Positions 37,290 through 48,603 are shown, counted from the stretch's first letter. The stretch is DNA of 64,000 nucleotides from Candidatus Campbellbacteria bacterium (GCA_016699465.1 CP064977.1:138096-202095), one strand, 5' to 3'. The notes: generated by a model not told the origin, from the sequence alone. A program made the numbers and translations.

Positions 37290-39053
37290 TTAATGGGTAT
37301 TTTTTATGCGACTATTTCGAAGAGATTTTGAAATAGTCATACATTCACGCAACAACTCTGCCATACGAGACTCATCACCACCACGTTCCGCTTCGATAAG
37401 TTTTTCTCGTGTCCGTGTGTACGTATCTTTTAATATTTCCTCATGAAGTGCGAGAAGCATTTCTTCGAGGTGCAACTCACTGTCTCCAAACTCTGTCTCT
37501 GCCTTTTCTAATTCAAACATGTCTTCTTGATACTGTGATTCATCGATGTGTTCTAGCGGATCCCTACCCAATATCTCCTTGACCTTCTCGTGCACCGTGC
37601 GTAATTCAGTTTCTTTACCGCGGTGTTTATACATAAAAATGAGAGCGATGAGTTGCCGGAGAAGTACCTCTTTTCGTCCTTCGTATACATGAGGTGACGC
37701 TGACGCGTGTGGCACTTCTGGTGTATTGAGTGTTTCCTGAAAAGCTACTTTTTGCATTTCTTCTTCAATAACCGAAGCATCTACACCAGCCCGCGTTGCG
37801 ACACTATCTATAAAATATTTTTGATCAATCTTGTTTTGAATAAGTCCGATGTACGGCAACACTTCATTTCGTATTCTTTGTCTAAACAACCTCTCATCCC
37901 CCTTATGCGAACGTTGTATTTGTTCAATAAGAAAGAACACAACATGCACCGCTTCTCGAATGGCCTTTTTCCAGATATCAGGATTTGTTTTAAGAACATC
38001 TGCCGGATCACTTCCTTCTGGCAATACTGCACATTTGACATCCATATCGGCTTCAATTGCTCGTCGAGATGTTTTGAGTGCTGATTGTATACCCGCAGCA
38101 TCTCCATCAAGTGCGACCACGATGTTACGTGACAACCTTTTCACCCTTTCTATGTGTTCCTGCGTCAACGCCGTTCCCATAACCGCCACTGTATTTGTAA
38201 AGCCGTACTGGTGTGCCATGATGAGATCGATAGGGCCTTCAACAAGAATAGAAAAATTATATTTTCGAATTCCTATTTTTGCTTTTTCAAATCCATAGAG
38301 TACGTTTCCTTTCTTAAACAATGGCGTTTCTGGAGAGTTGATATATTTTGGTGCCTCTGGAGATTCATCTCCAAAGTGTCTACCGGAGAACGCAATCGGC
38401 CTTCCTGACGGATCAAAAATCGGAAACATGATGCGCGAACGGAACGTATCGTAGTAGTCTTGTCCTGAGGTCTTTGCCGCATCATCTTGTTTTCGTTTTA
38501 TAAGTCCCACTTTTTCAATATTGCTCTTTGTGTGTCCGCGAGCAACAAGATACTCACAGAGTGTTCGCCACGAAGCTGGAGCAAATCCAACACGGAATGA
38601 TGCGCTTGTTTTTTCTGTTATTCCACGCTGTGTAAGATACGCCTGTGCAGAGGGTGTCTGATGTAATGTTTTTTCGAAAAAAGAAACTGCATCTTCAAGA
38701 ATTTTGTAGAGTGTTTGATCGGTTTCACTTTTTTGAAATGTTTCTTTACTGATTTCTACACCAGCACGCGACGCAAGTGTTTTAAGGGCGCCCATAAAAT
38801 CAACGCCCTCAATTTTTTCAACGAACGTGAATATGTCACCGTGCTCACCGCATCCAAAACAGTAGTAACTCTCCCGTTCTGGAGAAACATAAAATGACGC
38901 CGATTTTTCGTTGTGAAACGGACATCGTGCTTTGAGATTTTTTCCTGATTTCTCAAGCTTTATGTACGAAGACACAACGTCGGTAATACCGAGACGATCT
39001 TTTATTTGTTGCGTGACGTTTGACATTGGTGTGTGTGACTCATAGTGAGTCAT
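37290..39053 (-). CDS. dnaG: DNA primase
   Basis: Zinc ribbon CPFHNEKSASF ... CFGCGEHGD, TOPRIM domain. Confidence 0.92.
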   Translation of the reverse strand: MTHYESHTPMSNVTQQIKDRLGITDVVSSYIKLEKSGKNLKARCPFHNEKSASFYVSPERESYYCFGCGEHGDIFTFVEKIEGVDFMGALKTLASRAGVEISKETFQKSETDQTLYKILEDAVSFFEKTLHQTPSAQAYLTQRGITEKTSASFRVGFAPASWRTLCEYLVARGHTKSNIEKVGLIKRKQDDAAKTSGQDYYDTFRSRIMFPIFDPSGRPIAFSGRHFGDESPEAPKYINSPETPLFKKGNVLYGFEKAKIGIRKYNFSILVEGPIDLIMAHQYGFTNTVAVMGTALTQEHIERVKRLSRNIVVALDGDAAGIQSALKTSRRAIEADMDVKCAVLPEGSDPADVLKTNPDIWKKAIREAVHVVFFLIEQIQRSHKGDERLFRQRIRNEVLPYIGLIQNKIDQKYFIDSVATRAGVDASVIEEEMQKVAFQETLNTPEVPHASASPHVYEGRKEVLLRQLIALIFMYKHRGKETELRTVHEKVKEILGRDPLEHIDESQYQEDMFELEKAETEFGDSELHLEEMLLALHEEILKDTYTRTREKLIEAERGGDESRMAELLRECMTISKSLRNSRIKNTH

Positions 39054-39074
39054 CGTCCGCGCACGAGAACTCTT

Positions 39075-42000
39075 TTAATCTGTTTCTGCTTCGTAGTTAT
39101 TTTCGATACCCTGTTGCGCGTCTTGTATCATGTTCCACTTAGGACTTCCACTAAATCCTGTACCTGCAGGAATAAGACGTCCGACAATGATATTTTCTTT
39201 CAATCCACGGAGATCGTCTTTCTTTCCGCGTACAGCTGCGTCAATAAGTACTTTGTTTGTGTGTTGGAATGAAGCAGCAGAAAGGAATGATGCGCGTGAC
39301 AATGCCACGTTGGTAATACCGAGTACGAGAGGAATAAGTTTTGCCTCTTTTCCTCCGGCATTCTTCGCAATCGTGTTTGCTTCACGTGCCTCCGACATTT
39401 CAATAACTGTTCCACGAGGAAGATCTGTATCTCCTGGGTCTTTTACTTGTACACGTGAGAACATCTGTTTGATGATAATTTCAATGTGCTTGCGAGATAC
39501 TGATGCACCTTGCAACTCATAAATTTTACTAATTTCATCAATAACGTATGTCTGGCTCTTCTCACGTCCTGCGTGTTTAAACAATTCAGTTAAATCAGCA
39601 GAACCGTCTGTCAACAGTTGCCCCTTTTCAATAGCATCACCTGTCTTTACGATTGGTGTACGACGGAATGGAATACTGTACTCAACAGTTTTATCGCTTT
39701 TACCATCTTCTACGTTCGGCAAAATACGAATGGTTCGTTCATTTCCCTTTTCGAGAATCTCTGCAACCGTTCCTGAAACTTCTGAAATAATAGCTGGGTT
39801 TTTCGGTGGGCGACGTTCAAATATTTCTTGCACACGTGGAAGACCTGAAACGATGTCTCCTGCAGCAGCTGCGGCACCTCCGGCGTGGAATGTACGCATG
39901 GTAAGCTGTGTGGCTGGTTCACCGATTGATTGTGCGGCAATTGTTCCTACTGCTTCTCCAAGAACAATTGGAGTTGCTGTTCCAAGATCATTTCCGTAAC
40001 ACTTCTGACATACACCGCGAGATGTTTCGCATGACATTGGAGAACGAACCCATGCCTCTGTAACACCAGCTTTTTCAATTGCCTCAGCAACATCCGCACT
40101 GACGAGCTCACCACGCCTGTAGAGAACATCTCCAGAAGATGTTTTTACATCTCGTGCAAGAAAACGTCCTGAGATATTTTTTGTGAGAGAAATTTCAATA
40201 CCGGCAAGATTTTGTGCGGAAAGCACGATTCCTTCTTTTGTTCCACAATCATCTTCAAGAACAACGACGTCTTGTGCCACATCAAAGAGACGACGAGTCA
40301 AATATCCTGACTGAGCAGTGTTGAGCGCGGTATCTCCAAGACCCTTACGTGCACCGTTTGTTGTAATGAAGTATTCAATTGGTGACAATCCTTCTTTTGC
40401 TGATGAGAGAATTGGGAAGTCGATAGTACGTCCTTGTGAACCAGCAATAAGTCCTTTCACACCGGCCATGTTGGTAATCTGACCAATTTGCCCACGAGCA
40501 CCAGATTTCCACATGGTATATACCGGTCCAAACGTATCAAGAGATTCGGCAACAATTTTTTCCATGTCCGTACGAACTCCGTGCCACACTTCAATATCTT
40601 TTCTGAATTTTTCTTCATCAGACAAGAGACCTTCTTCGTACTGTGAAGCATTTTTATCCACCTTAATACGAGCCGCGGCAATAAGCTCTTGTTTACCTTG
40701 AGGAGTTGGAACGTCGCTGAGTGAGAATGTTGTTCCAGAAAGTGTTGCATACGTAAAACCAACATGCTTCACCTTATCAAGGATGCTCATGATTTCTGCC
40801 TTGTTGTACGTTACGATAAGCGTGTTTACCAATTCCGCCATTTCTTTCTTTGTAATTTCCTTGTTTATGAATGGGTATGAACTTGGAAGCGCTGCGTTGA
40901 AAAGCAATCGTCCAACAGAAGTCTCAAATGGCGCACCACCAAATCCAGCGTATCGTTCACTGTCAGTTGGTCGGACAGTAATTTTTGCGCGAAGTGAAAG
41001 AATCTTAAAATCATATGCAAGAATTGCGTCATTTGGACTTGCAAACACACCACCTTCTCCCTTTTCTCCAGGGATAATGCGTGTCATCCAGTACGAACCA
41101 AGTACAATGTCCTGGTGACCAAGAGATACAATCGGTGTACCACTTCCTGGTTTCAAGATATTTGTTCCTGACGACATAATTTCTTTTGCCTCAAGTTGTG
41201 CTTCGTCAGAAAGGGGAAGGTGCACTGCCATTTGGTCTCCGTCGAAGTCGGCGTTGTATGCCTGCACAACGAGTGGGTGAATCTGAATTGCCTGTCCTTC
41301 AATGAGAATTGGACGAAATGCCTGAATACCAAGACGGTGAAGTGTTGGTGCACGGTTGAGCAACACATACTTACCAGCAATCACCTCTTCGAGAATTCCC
41401 CACACTTCTGGTCCTGCATCATCAATGAGACGTCCTGCACCACGAATGTTGTATGCGTGTCCTCGATCAATCAATTTTGAAATAACAAACGGACGGAACA
41501 ATTCAAGTGCCATTTGCTTTGGCAAACCACATTCATCGAGTTTAAGTGTTGGACCAACAACAATTACTGAACGTCCTGAATAGTCAACGCGTTTTCCGAG
41601 GAGATTTTGACGGAAGATTCCTTGTTTTCCTTTAAGGTTATCAGACAATGATTTGAGAGGGCGACGTTGTGACTGACTCACTGCGGCGGTACCACCAGGG
41701 TGACGCATTGAGTTATCAATGAGCGCGTCAACCGCTTCTTGAAGAATACGTTTTTCGTTTCGTAAAATAACGCTTGGTGCGTGAATTTCAAGAAGTTTTT
41801 TGAGACGATTGTTTCGGTTAATCACACGACGGTATAAATCGTTGAGATCACTTGTTGCGTGACGTCCACCATCAAGAGCGACCATCGGGCGAAGTGCTGC
41901 TGGAATAACTGGAATATTGATGAGGAACATCCACTCTGGACGAATTTTTGAACGCACCATCGAACGAACAAGACTCAAACGCTTGCGCATTTTCTTCTTG

Positions 42001-42746
42001 TCTTCCGCACCCGCATCATCAATTGTTGCCTCAATCGTCGTTGCAATTTCCTCCAAATTAACATCTTTAAGAAGATTGTAGATTGCTTCAGCACCAATAC
42101 CTGCCTCGAAAAGCGTTCCATACTTCATCGTAAACTTCGCGTATGTTGCTTCATCGAGAACTGAGTACTTTGTGATTGAGTTAATTTCTCGCTTGGTTGC
42201 AAGATATACTTCCTTTAATTTATCTTTTGATTTCTCATCTTTGAGTGCTTTCGTTTTTACTCGATACTCACCATCTAAGTTCTTAAGAAAGAGCTCTCGT
42301 TCAGATTCAGATACTGAGGTAACAACGTATCCTGCAAAGTAGATAACCTTTTCAAGATCCTGACCTGTAATATCAAGAATGAGTCCAATACGAGACGGAA
42401 CGTTACGAACAAACCAAATGTGTGCAACTGGTGTTGCCAATGTAAGGTGTCCCATGCGTTCACGACGAACAATGGAACGTGTAATTTCAACTCCACATTT
42501 TTCACAGACGATACCTTTGTAGCGAATGCCTTTGTACTTTCCACAGTAACATTCGAAGTCACGCTCAGGACCAAAAATTCGTTCGTCAAACAAACCATTC
42601 TTTTCACTACGCTGCGTACGATAGTTGATGGTTTCTGGCTTGGTCACTTCCCCATGCGACCACTCTGCAATTTTTTCTGGACTTGCGAGTTTAATACCGA
42701 GCGTATCAAACGTCTCCATGATATTTGTTTGTGTAGTGCGACGCAT
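39075..42746 (-). CDS. rpoC: DNA-directed RNA polymerase beta' subunit
   Basis: NADFDGDQMAVH catalytic motif, 1223 aa. Confidence 0.97.
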   Translation of the reverse strand: MRRTTQTNIMETFDTLGIKLASPEKIAEWSHGEVTKPETINYRTQRSEKNGLFDERIFGPERDFECYCGKYKGIRYKGIVCEKCGVEITRSIVRRERMGHLTLATPVAHIWFVRNVPSRIGLILDITGQDLEKVIYFAGYVVTSVSESERELFLKNLDGEYRVKTKALKDEKSKDKLKEVYLATKREINSITKYSVLDEATYAKFTMKYGTLFEAGIGAEAIYNLLKDVNLEEIATTIEATIDDAGAEDKKKMRKRLSLVRSMVRSKIRPEWMFLINIPVIPAALRPMVALDGGRHATSDLNDLYRRVINRNNRLKKLLEIHAPSVILRNEKRILQEAVDALIDNSMRHPGGTAAVSQSQRRPLKSLSDNLKGKQGIFRQNLLGKRVDYSGRSVIVVGPTLKLDECGLPKQMALELFRPFVISKLIDRGHAYNIRGAGRLIDDAGPEVWGILEEVIAGKYVLLNRAPTLHRLGIQAFRPILIEGQAIQIHPLVVQAYNADFDGDQMAVHLPLSDEAQLEAKEIMSSGTNILKPGSGTPIVSLGHQDIVLGSYWMTRIIPGEKGEGGVFASPNDAILAYDFKILSLRAKITVRPTDSERYAGFGGAPFETSVGRLLFNAALPSSYPFINKEITKKEMAELVNTLIVTYNKAEIMSILDKVKHVGFTYATLSGTTFSLSDVPTPQGKQELIAAARIKVDKNASQYEEGLLSDEEKFRKDIEVWHGVRTDMEKIVAESLDTFGPVYTMWKSGARGQIGQITNMAGVKGLIAGSQGRTIDFPILSSAKEGLSPIEYFITTNGARKGLGDTALNTAQSGYLTRRLFDVAQDVVVLEDDCGTKEGIVLSAQNLAGIEISLTKNISGRFLARDVKTSSGDVLYRRGELVSADVAEAIEKAGVTEAWVRSPMSCETSRGVCQKCYGNDLGTATPIVLGEAVGTIAAQSIGEPATQLTMRTFHAGGAAAAAGDIVSGLPRVQEIFERRPPKNPAIISEVSGTVAEILEKGNERTIRILPNVEDGKSDKTVEYSIPFRRTPIVKTGDAIEKGQLLTDGSADLTELFKHAGREKSQTYVIDEISKIYELQGASVSRKHIEIIIKQMFSRVQVKDPGDTDLPRGTVIEMSEAREANTIAKNAGGKEAKLIPLVLGITNVALSRASFLSAASFQHTNKVLIDAAVRGKKDDLRGLKENIIVGRLIPAGTGFSGSPKWNMIQDAQQGIENNYEAETD

Positions 42747-42752
42747 ATAGGT

Positions 42753-45700
42753 TTATTCGTTTTCTTCTTTTAATTCAACATCAAGCGCAAGCCCACGAAG
42801 GTAGTGCAAGAGTACGCTGAATGATGCTGGGGTGTTTGGCTGTGTCAATCGAGAACCGCGAACGATGGAATCGAAGGCAGCAGAACGTCCCATAATGTCA
42901 TCTGATTTAATCGTAAGCATTTCACGAAGTGTGTAGGCTGCACCGTATCCAAGAAGTGCCCACACTTCCATTTCTCCAAATCGTTGTCCTCCGTTTTGTG
43001 CACGACCACCAAGTGGTTGTTGTGTGATGAGCGAGTACGGACCGATTGATCGCATGTGAATCTTATCTTCAACCATGTGTTCGAGTTTGAGAATGTACAT
43101 GTATCCAACGGAGATATCGTTTTCAAATTGCTCTCCGGTACGTCCGTCGATCAATTTCATCTTTCCTGTTTCTGAAAAACCAGCTTCTTTGAGTTCAGAT
43201 TTAATTTCTTCTTCAGTAGCACCAACAAATGGAGGAACGATTGCTTGGTAGCCGAGTGTTTTTGCTGCCATACCAAGGTGCAATTCAAGAATCTGTCCAA
43301 GGTTCATACGACTTGGCACACCAAGTGGTGTCAAAATAACATCAACAGGTGTTCCGTCTGCCATGTGTGGCATGTCTTCAATAGGAACCACGCGTGAAAT
43401 AACTCCTTTGTTTCCGTGACGTCCTGCAAGTTTGTCACCCACAGTGATGTTTCGAAGTTGTGCAATTTCAATATAAATTTTCTTGATGATTCCTGATTCG
43501 AGTTGGTCTCCTTTTTCTCGGGAGAACACTTTAATACCAACCACGCGTCCACGCTTTCCTCCTTCCATGCGAAGTGAAGTATCTTTTACATCACGAGCCT
43601 TATCACCAAAGATAGAACGTAAGAGGCGCTCTTCAGGAGTAAGTTGTGACTCGCCCTTTGGAGTAATTTTTCCAACGAGAATATCACCTGGTTGTACTTC
43701 TGAACCGATGCGAATAATACCCTCTTCATCAAGATTACGAAGTTTCAATTCTCCAACGTTTGGAATATCGTTTGTGGTTACTTCCGGTCCAAGTTTTGTA
43801 TCGCGAACATTTGATGAGAATTCTTCAATGTGAATTGAGGTAAGGTAGTTGTCGCGAACAAGTCGTTCAGACAAAATAATAGCGTCTTCAAAGTTATTAC
43901 CAGACCATGGCATGAAAGCCACAAGAAGGTTCTGACCAAGAGCAATCTGACCATTGGCACTTGTTGAAGTATCGGCAAGCAAATCACCGCGCTTTACAGT
44001 ATCACCTACTGACACTGATGGACGCTGATGAAATACCGTAAATCCGTTTGTTCGTGAAAACGTAATAAGTCGATATTCGTCGTCTTTTCCTTTCGCGTTT
44101 TTAACAACAATCTTTTTTGCATCAACATACGAAACCTTTCCCGCTTCACGTGCGTATACAAGTCGTCCCGAATCACGAGCGGCGCGTTCCTCAATACCTG
44201 TTGCAACGAGTGGAGCTTCTGGTCGAATACACGGGACCGCCTGCTTCTGCATGTTCGATGCCATGAGTGCTCGGTTTGCTTCGTCGTGGTTGAGGAACGG
44301 AACAAGTGAGGTTGCAATTGAGTATGCTTGATTTGTTGCAACATCAATAAACTCAACATCCTTTGGAGATACTGAAACAGGTCGTCCTTTTACACGAACG
44401 TCAACACGATCATCGGTAATAACACCTTTTTCATCGCGCGCAATAGCGGCGTGGGCAATTTTATAGTTTTGTTCGTCTTGTGCGTTAAGGTACGCAACTT
44501 CTGTCGTAACAATTCCGTTCACCACTTTCATGTATGGTGTTTCGATAATACCGAAATCATTAATACGAGCGTATGTTGCCAAGTGCAGAATAAGACCAAT
44601 GTTTGGACCTTCTGGCGTACAAATAGGACACAAGCGTCCGTAGTGCGATACGTGCACGTCACGAACTTCAAATCCTGCACGCTCACGAGAGAGACCTCCC
44701 GGACCGAGTGCTGAAAGTGTGCGCAGGTGTTCCATTTCAGCAAGAATGTTTTCTTGCGCCATGAACTGACAGAGTTGGTTGGTACTAAAAAATTCTCGAA
44801 TTTGCCCCTGAAGCGGACGTGGGTTAATCACCTGCGTTGGCATTGTTGTATCAGCATCAATAATAGACATGCGATCCTGAATGTTTCGCTTCATACGCGC
44901 AAAACCAACACGCATTTTTTGTTGCATCATTTCACCAACATATCGAACACGTCGTGACGAAAGATCGTCAACGTCATCAGCACGTGCATCTGGCGTTGTG
45001 TTCAATTCCACAATCTTGTTGATAATCGTAATCAAATCATCAAGTGAAAGTGTTCTCTCACCCATTGCTTTTTTGTCCATTGACTTACCAAAACGCTGGT
45101 TAAATCGAAAACGTCCAACCTCAGAAAGGTCGTACCGTTCTGCGTTAAAAATTGAATTAACGAAATCGCGGGCATTTTCTGCAGTTGCAAGCTCACCATC
45201 ACGAAGTTTTTTGTGAATTTCAATGAATGAGTCGTCTATTGTTTGTGCTGTGTCGTGCGCAAATGTCTTTTCAATGAATGGAAGCGCTGGTGTACCAGCA
45301 AAAAGCTTGAGAATGTCCTCTTTCGTGTGTACTCCCAACACGCGCAACAAATGTGTTACAGGGAATTTTCTCTTTCTATCAATACGAACTTGGAGAGATG
45401 CGTTTGGTTCGGTTTCGATTTCAATCCATGCTCCGCGGGATGGAATGATTTTTGCCCCAAAGTACTCCTTTCCTCGAAATTCTTGTGAAGTAAACAAAAC
45501 TCCGAACGAACGAATAAGCTGAGAAACGATGACACGCTCAACACCGTTGATGACGAATGTTCCGCGATCTGTCTGAATAGGCATATCTGAAAGGAAAATT
45601 TCTTGTTCCTTTTCAGTACCCAATGTCTTGTTGATCAGTTTTGCAGTTACCTTCAACTGCACCTCGTAACTCAACTTGTTTTCTTTAGCATAATATTCGT

Positions 45701-45902
45701 CATGCAAACTCTCAGTAAATACTGGATTACTAAGGTGTAATTCGAACTTTTTGCCTGAATAATCTGAAATTGGTGAGAACTCTTTCAAAAGTTCCTTAAC
45801 ACCTTTCTCCATTAGCCATCGAAAGGACACGAGTTGTGCTTCCGCAAGATTTGGAAGCTCAAGAAGTGGCTTTTGATATTTCGCGAAGACTTTTTGTTGC
45901 AT
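42753..45902 (-). CDS. rpoB: DNA-directed RNA polymerase beta subunit (compact, 1049 aa)
   Basis: Rif cluster and C-terminal conserved blocks (GGQRFGEMEVWAL). Confidence 0.97.
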   Translation of the reverse strand: MQQKVFAKYQKPLLELPNLAEAQLVSFRWLMEKGVKELLKEFSPISDYSGKKFELHLSNPVFTESLHDEYYAKENKLSYEVQLKVTAKLINKTLGTEKEQEIFLSDMPIQTDRGTFVINGVERVIVSQLIRSFGVLFTSQEFRGKEYFGAKIIPSRGAWIEIETEPNASLQVRIDRKRKFPVTHLLRVLGVHTKEDILKLFAGTPALPFIEKTFAHDTAQTIDDSFIEIHKKLRDGELATAENARDFVNSIFNAERYDLSEVGRFRFNQRFGKSMDKKAMGERTLSLDDLITIINKIVELNTTPDARADDVDDLSSRRVRYVGEMMQQKMRVGFARMKRNIQDRMSIIDADTTMPTQVINPRPLQGQIREFFSTNQLCQFMAQENILAEMEHLRTLSALGPGGLSRERAGFEVRDVHVSHYGRLCPICTPEGPNIGLILHLATYARINDFGIIETPYMKVVNGIVTTEVAYLNAQDEQNYKIAHAAIARDEKGVITDDRVDVRVKGRPVSVSPKDVEFIDVATNQAYSIATSLVPFLNHDEANRALMASNMQKQAVPCIRPEAPLVATGIEERAARDSGRLVYAREAGKVSYVDAKKIVVKNAKGKDDEYRLITFSRTNGFTVFHQRPSVSVGDTVKRGDLLADTSTSANGQIALGQNLLVAFMPWSGNNFEDAIILSERLVRDNYLTSIHIEEFSSNVRDTKLGPEVTTNDIPNVGELKLRNLDEEGIIRIGSEVQPGDILVGKITPKGESQLTPEERLLRSIFGDKARDVKDTSLRMEGGKRGRVVGIKVFSREKGDQLESGIIKKIYIEIAQLRNITVGDKLAGRHGNKGVISRVVPIEDMPHMADGTPVDVILTPLGVPSRMNLGQILELHLGMAAKTLGYQAIVPPFVGATEEEIKSELKEAGFSETGKMKLIDGRTGEQFENDISVGYMYILKLEHMVEDKIHMRSIGPYSLITQQPLGGRAQNGGQRFGEMEVWALLGYGAAYTLREMLTIKSDDIMGRSAAFDSIVRGSRLTQPNTPASFSVLLHYLRGLALDVELKEENE

Positions 45903-46122
45903 AAATAGTTATGTAAAAGGGGACGCACGAAACCGAACCTTTGCTCAAGGTCGGCAACATTGGTCACAAAAAGCTATCTGCTAGGTATGTCTAGCAAAAT
46001 ATAATTTTTAATCTATAAAAATCCGAGAGTGCCCCATAACTCACTCTACCCCCTGATTAAGCGCCATTCTAAACTAAATATCGTTTGCAGTCAAGCCTTT
46101 TTTATGGTGTGTGGATAACTCG

Positions 46123-46776
46123 CTATCTGTGCGTATTTTTTCTCCACATGTCAATGTTTTTGTGGTGACCTGAAGAGAGGACCCTTGGAACCTTGCGTGC
46201 CTTCCCTTTCCAAATAAAGGTATCAGGTCGTGTATACACATCCTTTGATGCAATGCGCTCTTCTTCGAGAGATTCGTACGTTCCAAGAATTCCCGGAATG
46301 TGTCGGGCAACCGCATCAATCACAACAAGCGCTGGAATTTCTCCTCCTGTAAGTACAAACGGACCGATAGACACATCATCTGCTTTCAAAATTTTCTGGA
46401 CGCGTGCGTCAACTCCTTCATATCGTCCTGCAATGAAAATAATATGGTCATATCGTTTTGAAAGTGTACGTGCATGGACATGTGTAAATTGTTTTCCTGT
46501 TGGAGAAAAGAAAATAATTTTTGTGCGTTCTTTTTTCTTTTTGCTTTTTTGTAAGACTGACTCTACCGCCTTAAGGATCGGTTCTGCTTTCATCACCATG
46601 CCCGGCCCTCCACCGTATGGTTTGTCATCAACCTTATGATGAGCATCGGTAGTAAAGGTTCGTGGGTTTACAAACGAAACTGAGAGAAGCTTTTTTTCTT
46701 GAGCGCGCTTCAATATAGAGCTATTAACATAGCTCTCGATTGACTCTGGAAAAAGTGTAATAACTGTACATTTCAT
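46123..46776 (-). CDS. trmD: tRNA (guanine37-N1)-methyltransferase
   Basis: SPOUT/TrmD fold, YGGGPGMV motif. Confidence 0.9.
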   Translation of the reverse strand: MKCTVITLFPESIESYVNSSILKRAQEKKLLSVSFVNPRTFTTDAHHKVDDKPYGGGPGMVMKAEPILKAVESVLQKSKKKKERTKIIFFSPTGKQFTHVHARTLSKRYDHIIFIAGRYEGVDARVQKILKADDVSIGPFVLTGGEIPALVVIDAVARHIPGILGTYESLEEERIASKDVYTRPDTFIWKGKARKVPRVLSSGHHKNIDMWRKNTHR

Positions 46777-46853
46777 GCAAATATCCTAACACACAACCCG
46801 CCTTGTGTGGCGGGTGTGTTGTTATATGTTTTGTGCTATACACCGCGTGTCTT

Positions 46854-47165
46854 CTATTCCTTAAGCGCCGCCATTGCGTCATCAATATTTGCAGCAGCCA
46901 TTCGTGTTGAACCTTCTGGTTCAAGAATTTTCAAATTGACACGTGCATTGTTTCGCATACCAACAACTCGCAATAGTGTGCGGATTGCCTTTGCGGTATT
47001 ACCTGAGCGACCAACAACGGTACCCATGTCTTTTTGGTTAACCTTGAGTGTAATGAGCACCCCCATTTCGTCGACAGTGCGCGTGACTTTCACATCTGCC
47101 GGAACTTCTACAAGTGCCTTAACAACGGCTTCGAGAAATACTGCGTCTTGATACTCTTGTGTCAT
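46854..47165 (-). CDS. KH-domain RNA-binding protein (KhpA/YlqC-like)
   Basis: GxxG loop VVGRSGNTAKAIR; position between rpsP and trmD. Confidence 0.75.
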   Translation of the reverse strand: MTQEYQDAVFLEAVVKALVEVPADVKVTRTVDEMGVLITLKVNQKDMGTVVGRSGNTAKAIRTLLRVVGMRNNARVNLKILEPEGSTRMAAANIDDAMAALKE

Positions 47166-47263
47166 AATGTGTGACTAAGTTTCTAGTAAATCTGTTTACT
47201 GTTAACAGACTCCATCCGGCACCTGCCGATGGTTTGCAATGAGTATATCCTCTGAAACAAAAA

Positions 47264-47293
47264 ATGTCCACGACCCCAAAGTGTCGTGGACAT
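47264..47293 (-). terminator. Hairpin atgtccacgac/gtcgtggacat with A/T flanks between rpsP and the KH gene
   Basis: 11-bp perfect stem; on the minus strand it is followed by ttttttgtttc. Confidence 0.6.
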
Positions 47294-47311
47294 TTTTATC
47301 GTATGATGAAT

Positions 47312-47800
47312 TTATGCCGCTGGAACTTCTTCTGAAACAGGGGCAGGAGTTTCTTCTGGAGTAGCCACCTCTTCCGTAACTGCTGGTGTTTCTACTGATG
47401 TTTCAACAGGAACTGAGGCCTCTTCCGCAACAGGTGCCACGGACTCCTCAACAGCCGCAGATGGTGTCTCAACAACAGGTGCCACCTTTACTGGAGCCGC
47501 TACAACTTCTGGCTCATTCTTCTTAATAGGACTCTTCTTGGGAAGTGCATTTTTCTTTTTACCTTCAATGGCACCAGCTGTAACAAGCATGTTGTATACC
47601 GTATCTGATGGCTGTGCACCTTTTGACATCCAGTATGTTGCTTTTGCAGTATCAAGCGTTTTCTGTTTTGTCACTGCATTATAAAAACCAATCTGATCAA
47701 TGTGCTTACCTGCTTTTGGACCTTGTGTTGCCTCAAGAACAACCACTCGGAAAGAGGGGTCATTTTTTCGTCCAACTCGTTGTAATCGTATTTTTAGCAT
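47312..47800 (-). CDS. rpsP: 30S ribosomal protein S16 with an Ala/Pro/Glu/Val-rich C-terminal extension
   Basis: MLKIRLQRVGRKNDPSFRVVV. Confidence 0.9.
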   Translation of the reverse strand: MLKIRLQRVGRKNDPSFRVVVLEATQGPKAGKHIDQIGFYNAVTKQKTLDTAKATYWMSKGAQPSDTVYNMLVTAGAIEGKKKNALPKKSPIKKNEPEVVAAPVKVAPVVETPSAAVEESVAPVAEEASVPVETSVETPAVTEEVATPEETPAPVSEEVPAA

Positions 47801-47851
47801 GTGAAATGAAAACTGCCTTCTGGCAGTTCCGATACTATACCAAGAAGCTCA

Positions 47852-47888
47852 AAAAAAGACAATCCCACCCGGTATTTTGGGTGGGATT
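47852..47888 (-). terminator. Hairpin caatcccaccc/gggtgggattg plus T7 terminating the secreted-protein operon
   Basis: 11-bp stem, 8-nt loop. Confidence 0.65.
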
Positions 47889-47911
47889 GAAGGTACAACA
47901 ACAGAAAGGAG

Positions 47912-48589
47912 TTACGGACCAGGCCACGTAAACTTATGTGTCCAGTTGGTTGAGCTTGTATTCGTGTAGCTGGAACAATTAACACCCGGTGTGCAGTAAT
48001 CACCGCCCGGAAAACGCTGGGTGTTGCTGTAGCGCATTGAATACACGGATACTGTGTATGTTGCAGGATACCCGGCGTGAACATGTGTTCCGTTCCAAAG
48101 ACCACAACCCGTGTCATTGACGATGTTGCCAATGAACTTAACGTTGTATGTATCGTTACCGGCTGTGGCAATAGGAAACTCCTGATTTGAGTTCATGTCG
48201 ATATGAAGATATCGCATGATTCCCCTAATCTTGAGTAGTGCCGTGTCAGCAACAACAACATCTTGCCTCTCACAATCAAAATTACCACCAGTGAGACGAA
48301 CTCGCCTACCAATGAGTCGTGTGGTCTCGTAGGGAGAACTCCCCCTACTAAAAAAACCGCGGAAGTAGACTGCATTGGAGCTGGTGTTGTCCCAATCAAG
48401 GAACGTACCGGTTGACGTTGTTCCGCACGAACCATCGTGCCAGCCACACGTCAAAACAGGCACCTGACCGTTCGTGCCAGATGGAGGAAGCATCTTCACA
48501 ACGTACGTGTAGAGCGTGCCACTTTCGGCAGGAAACGTACCACCAAAAAAGGCACCGAGCAGAATAGGGACCAACCACCTCAGTCGCAT
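47912..48589 (-). CDS. Secreted Cys-rich hypothetical protein (signal peptide), moderately GC-rich; HIDM and THVH motifs hint at a metallo-hydrolase
   Basis: N-terminal MRLRWLVPILLGAFFGG signal peptide; AGGAGA RBS. Confidence 0.45.
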   Translation of the reverse strand: MRLRWLVPILLGAFFGGTFPAESGTLYTYVVKMLPPSGTNGQVPVLTCGWHDGSCGTTSTGTFLDWDNTSSNAVYFRGFFSRGSSPYETTRLIGRRVRLTGGNFDCERQDVVVADTALLKIRGIMRYLHIDMNSNQEFPIATAGNDTYNVKFIGNIVNDTGCGLWNGTHVHAGYPATYTVSVYSMRYSNTQRFPGGDYCTPGVNCSSYTNTSSTNWTHKFTWPGP

Positions 48590-48603
48590 GCATGTCTCCT
48601 TTC

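Noticed and set aside
39075-45902. Numerous 60-130-aa antisense or off-frame ORFs inside rpoB and rpoC (and similarly inside dnaK, alaS, the helicase gene, smc)
   Set aside because: They are embedded in long, confidently assigned genes and lack RBS or homology. They are spurious six-frame ORFs.
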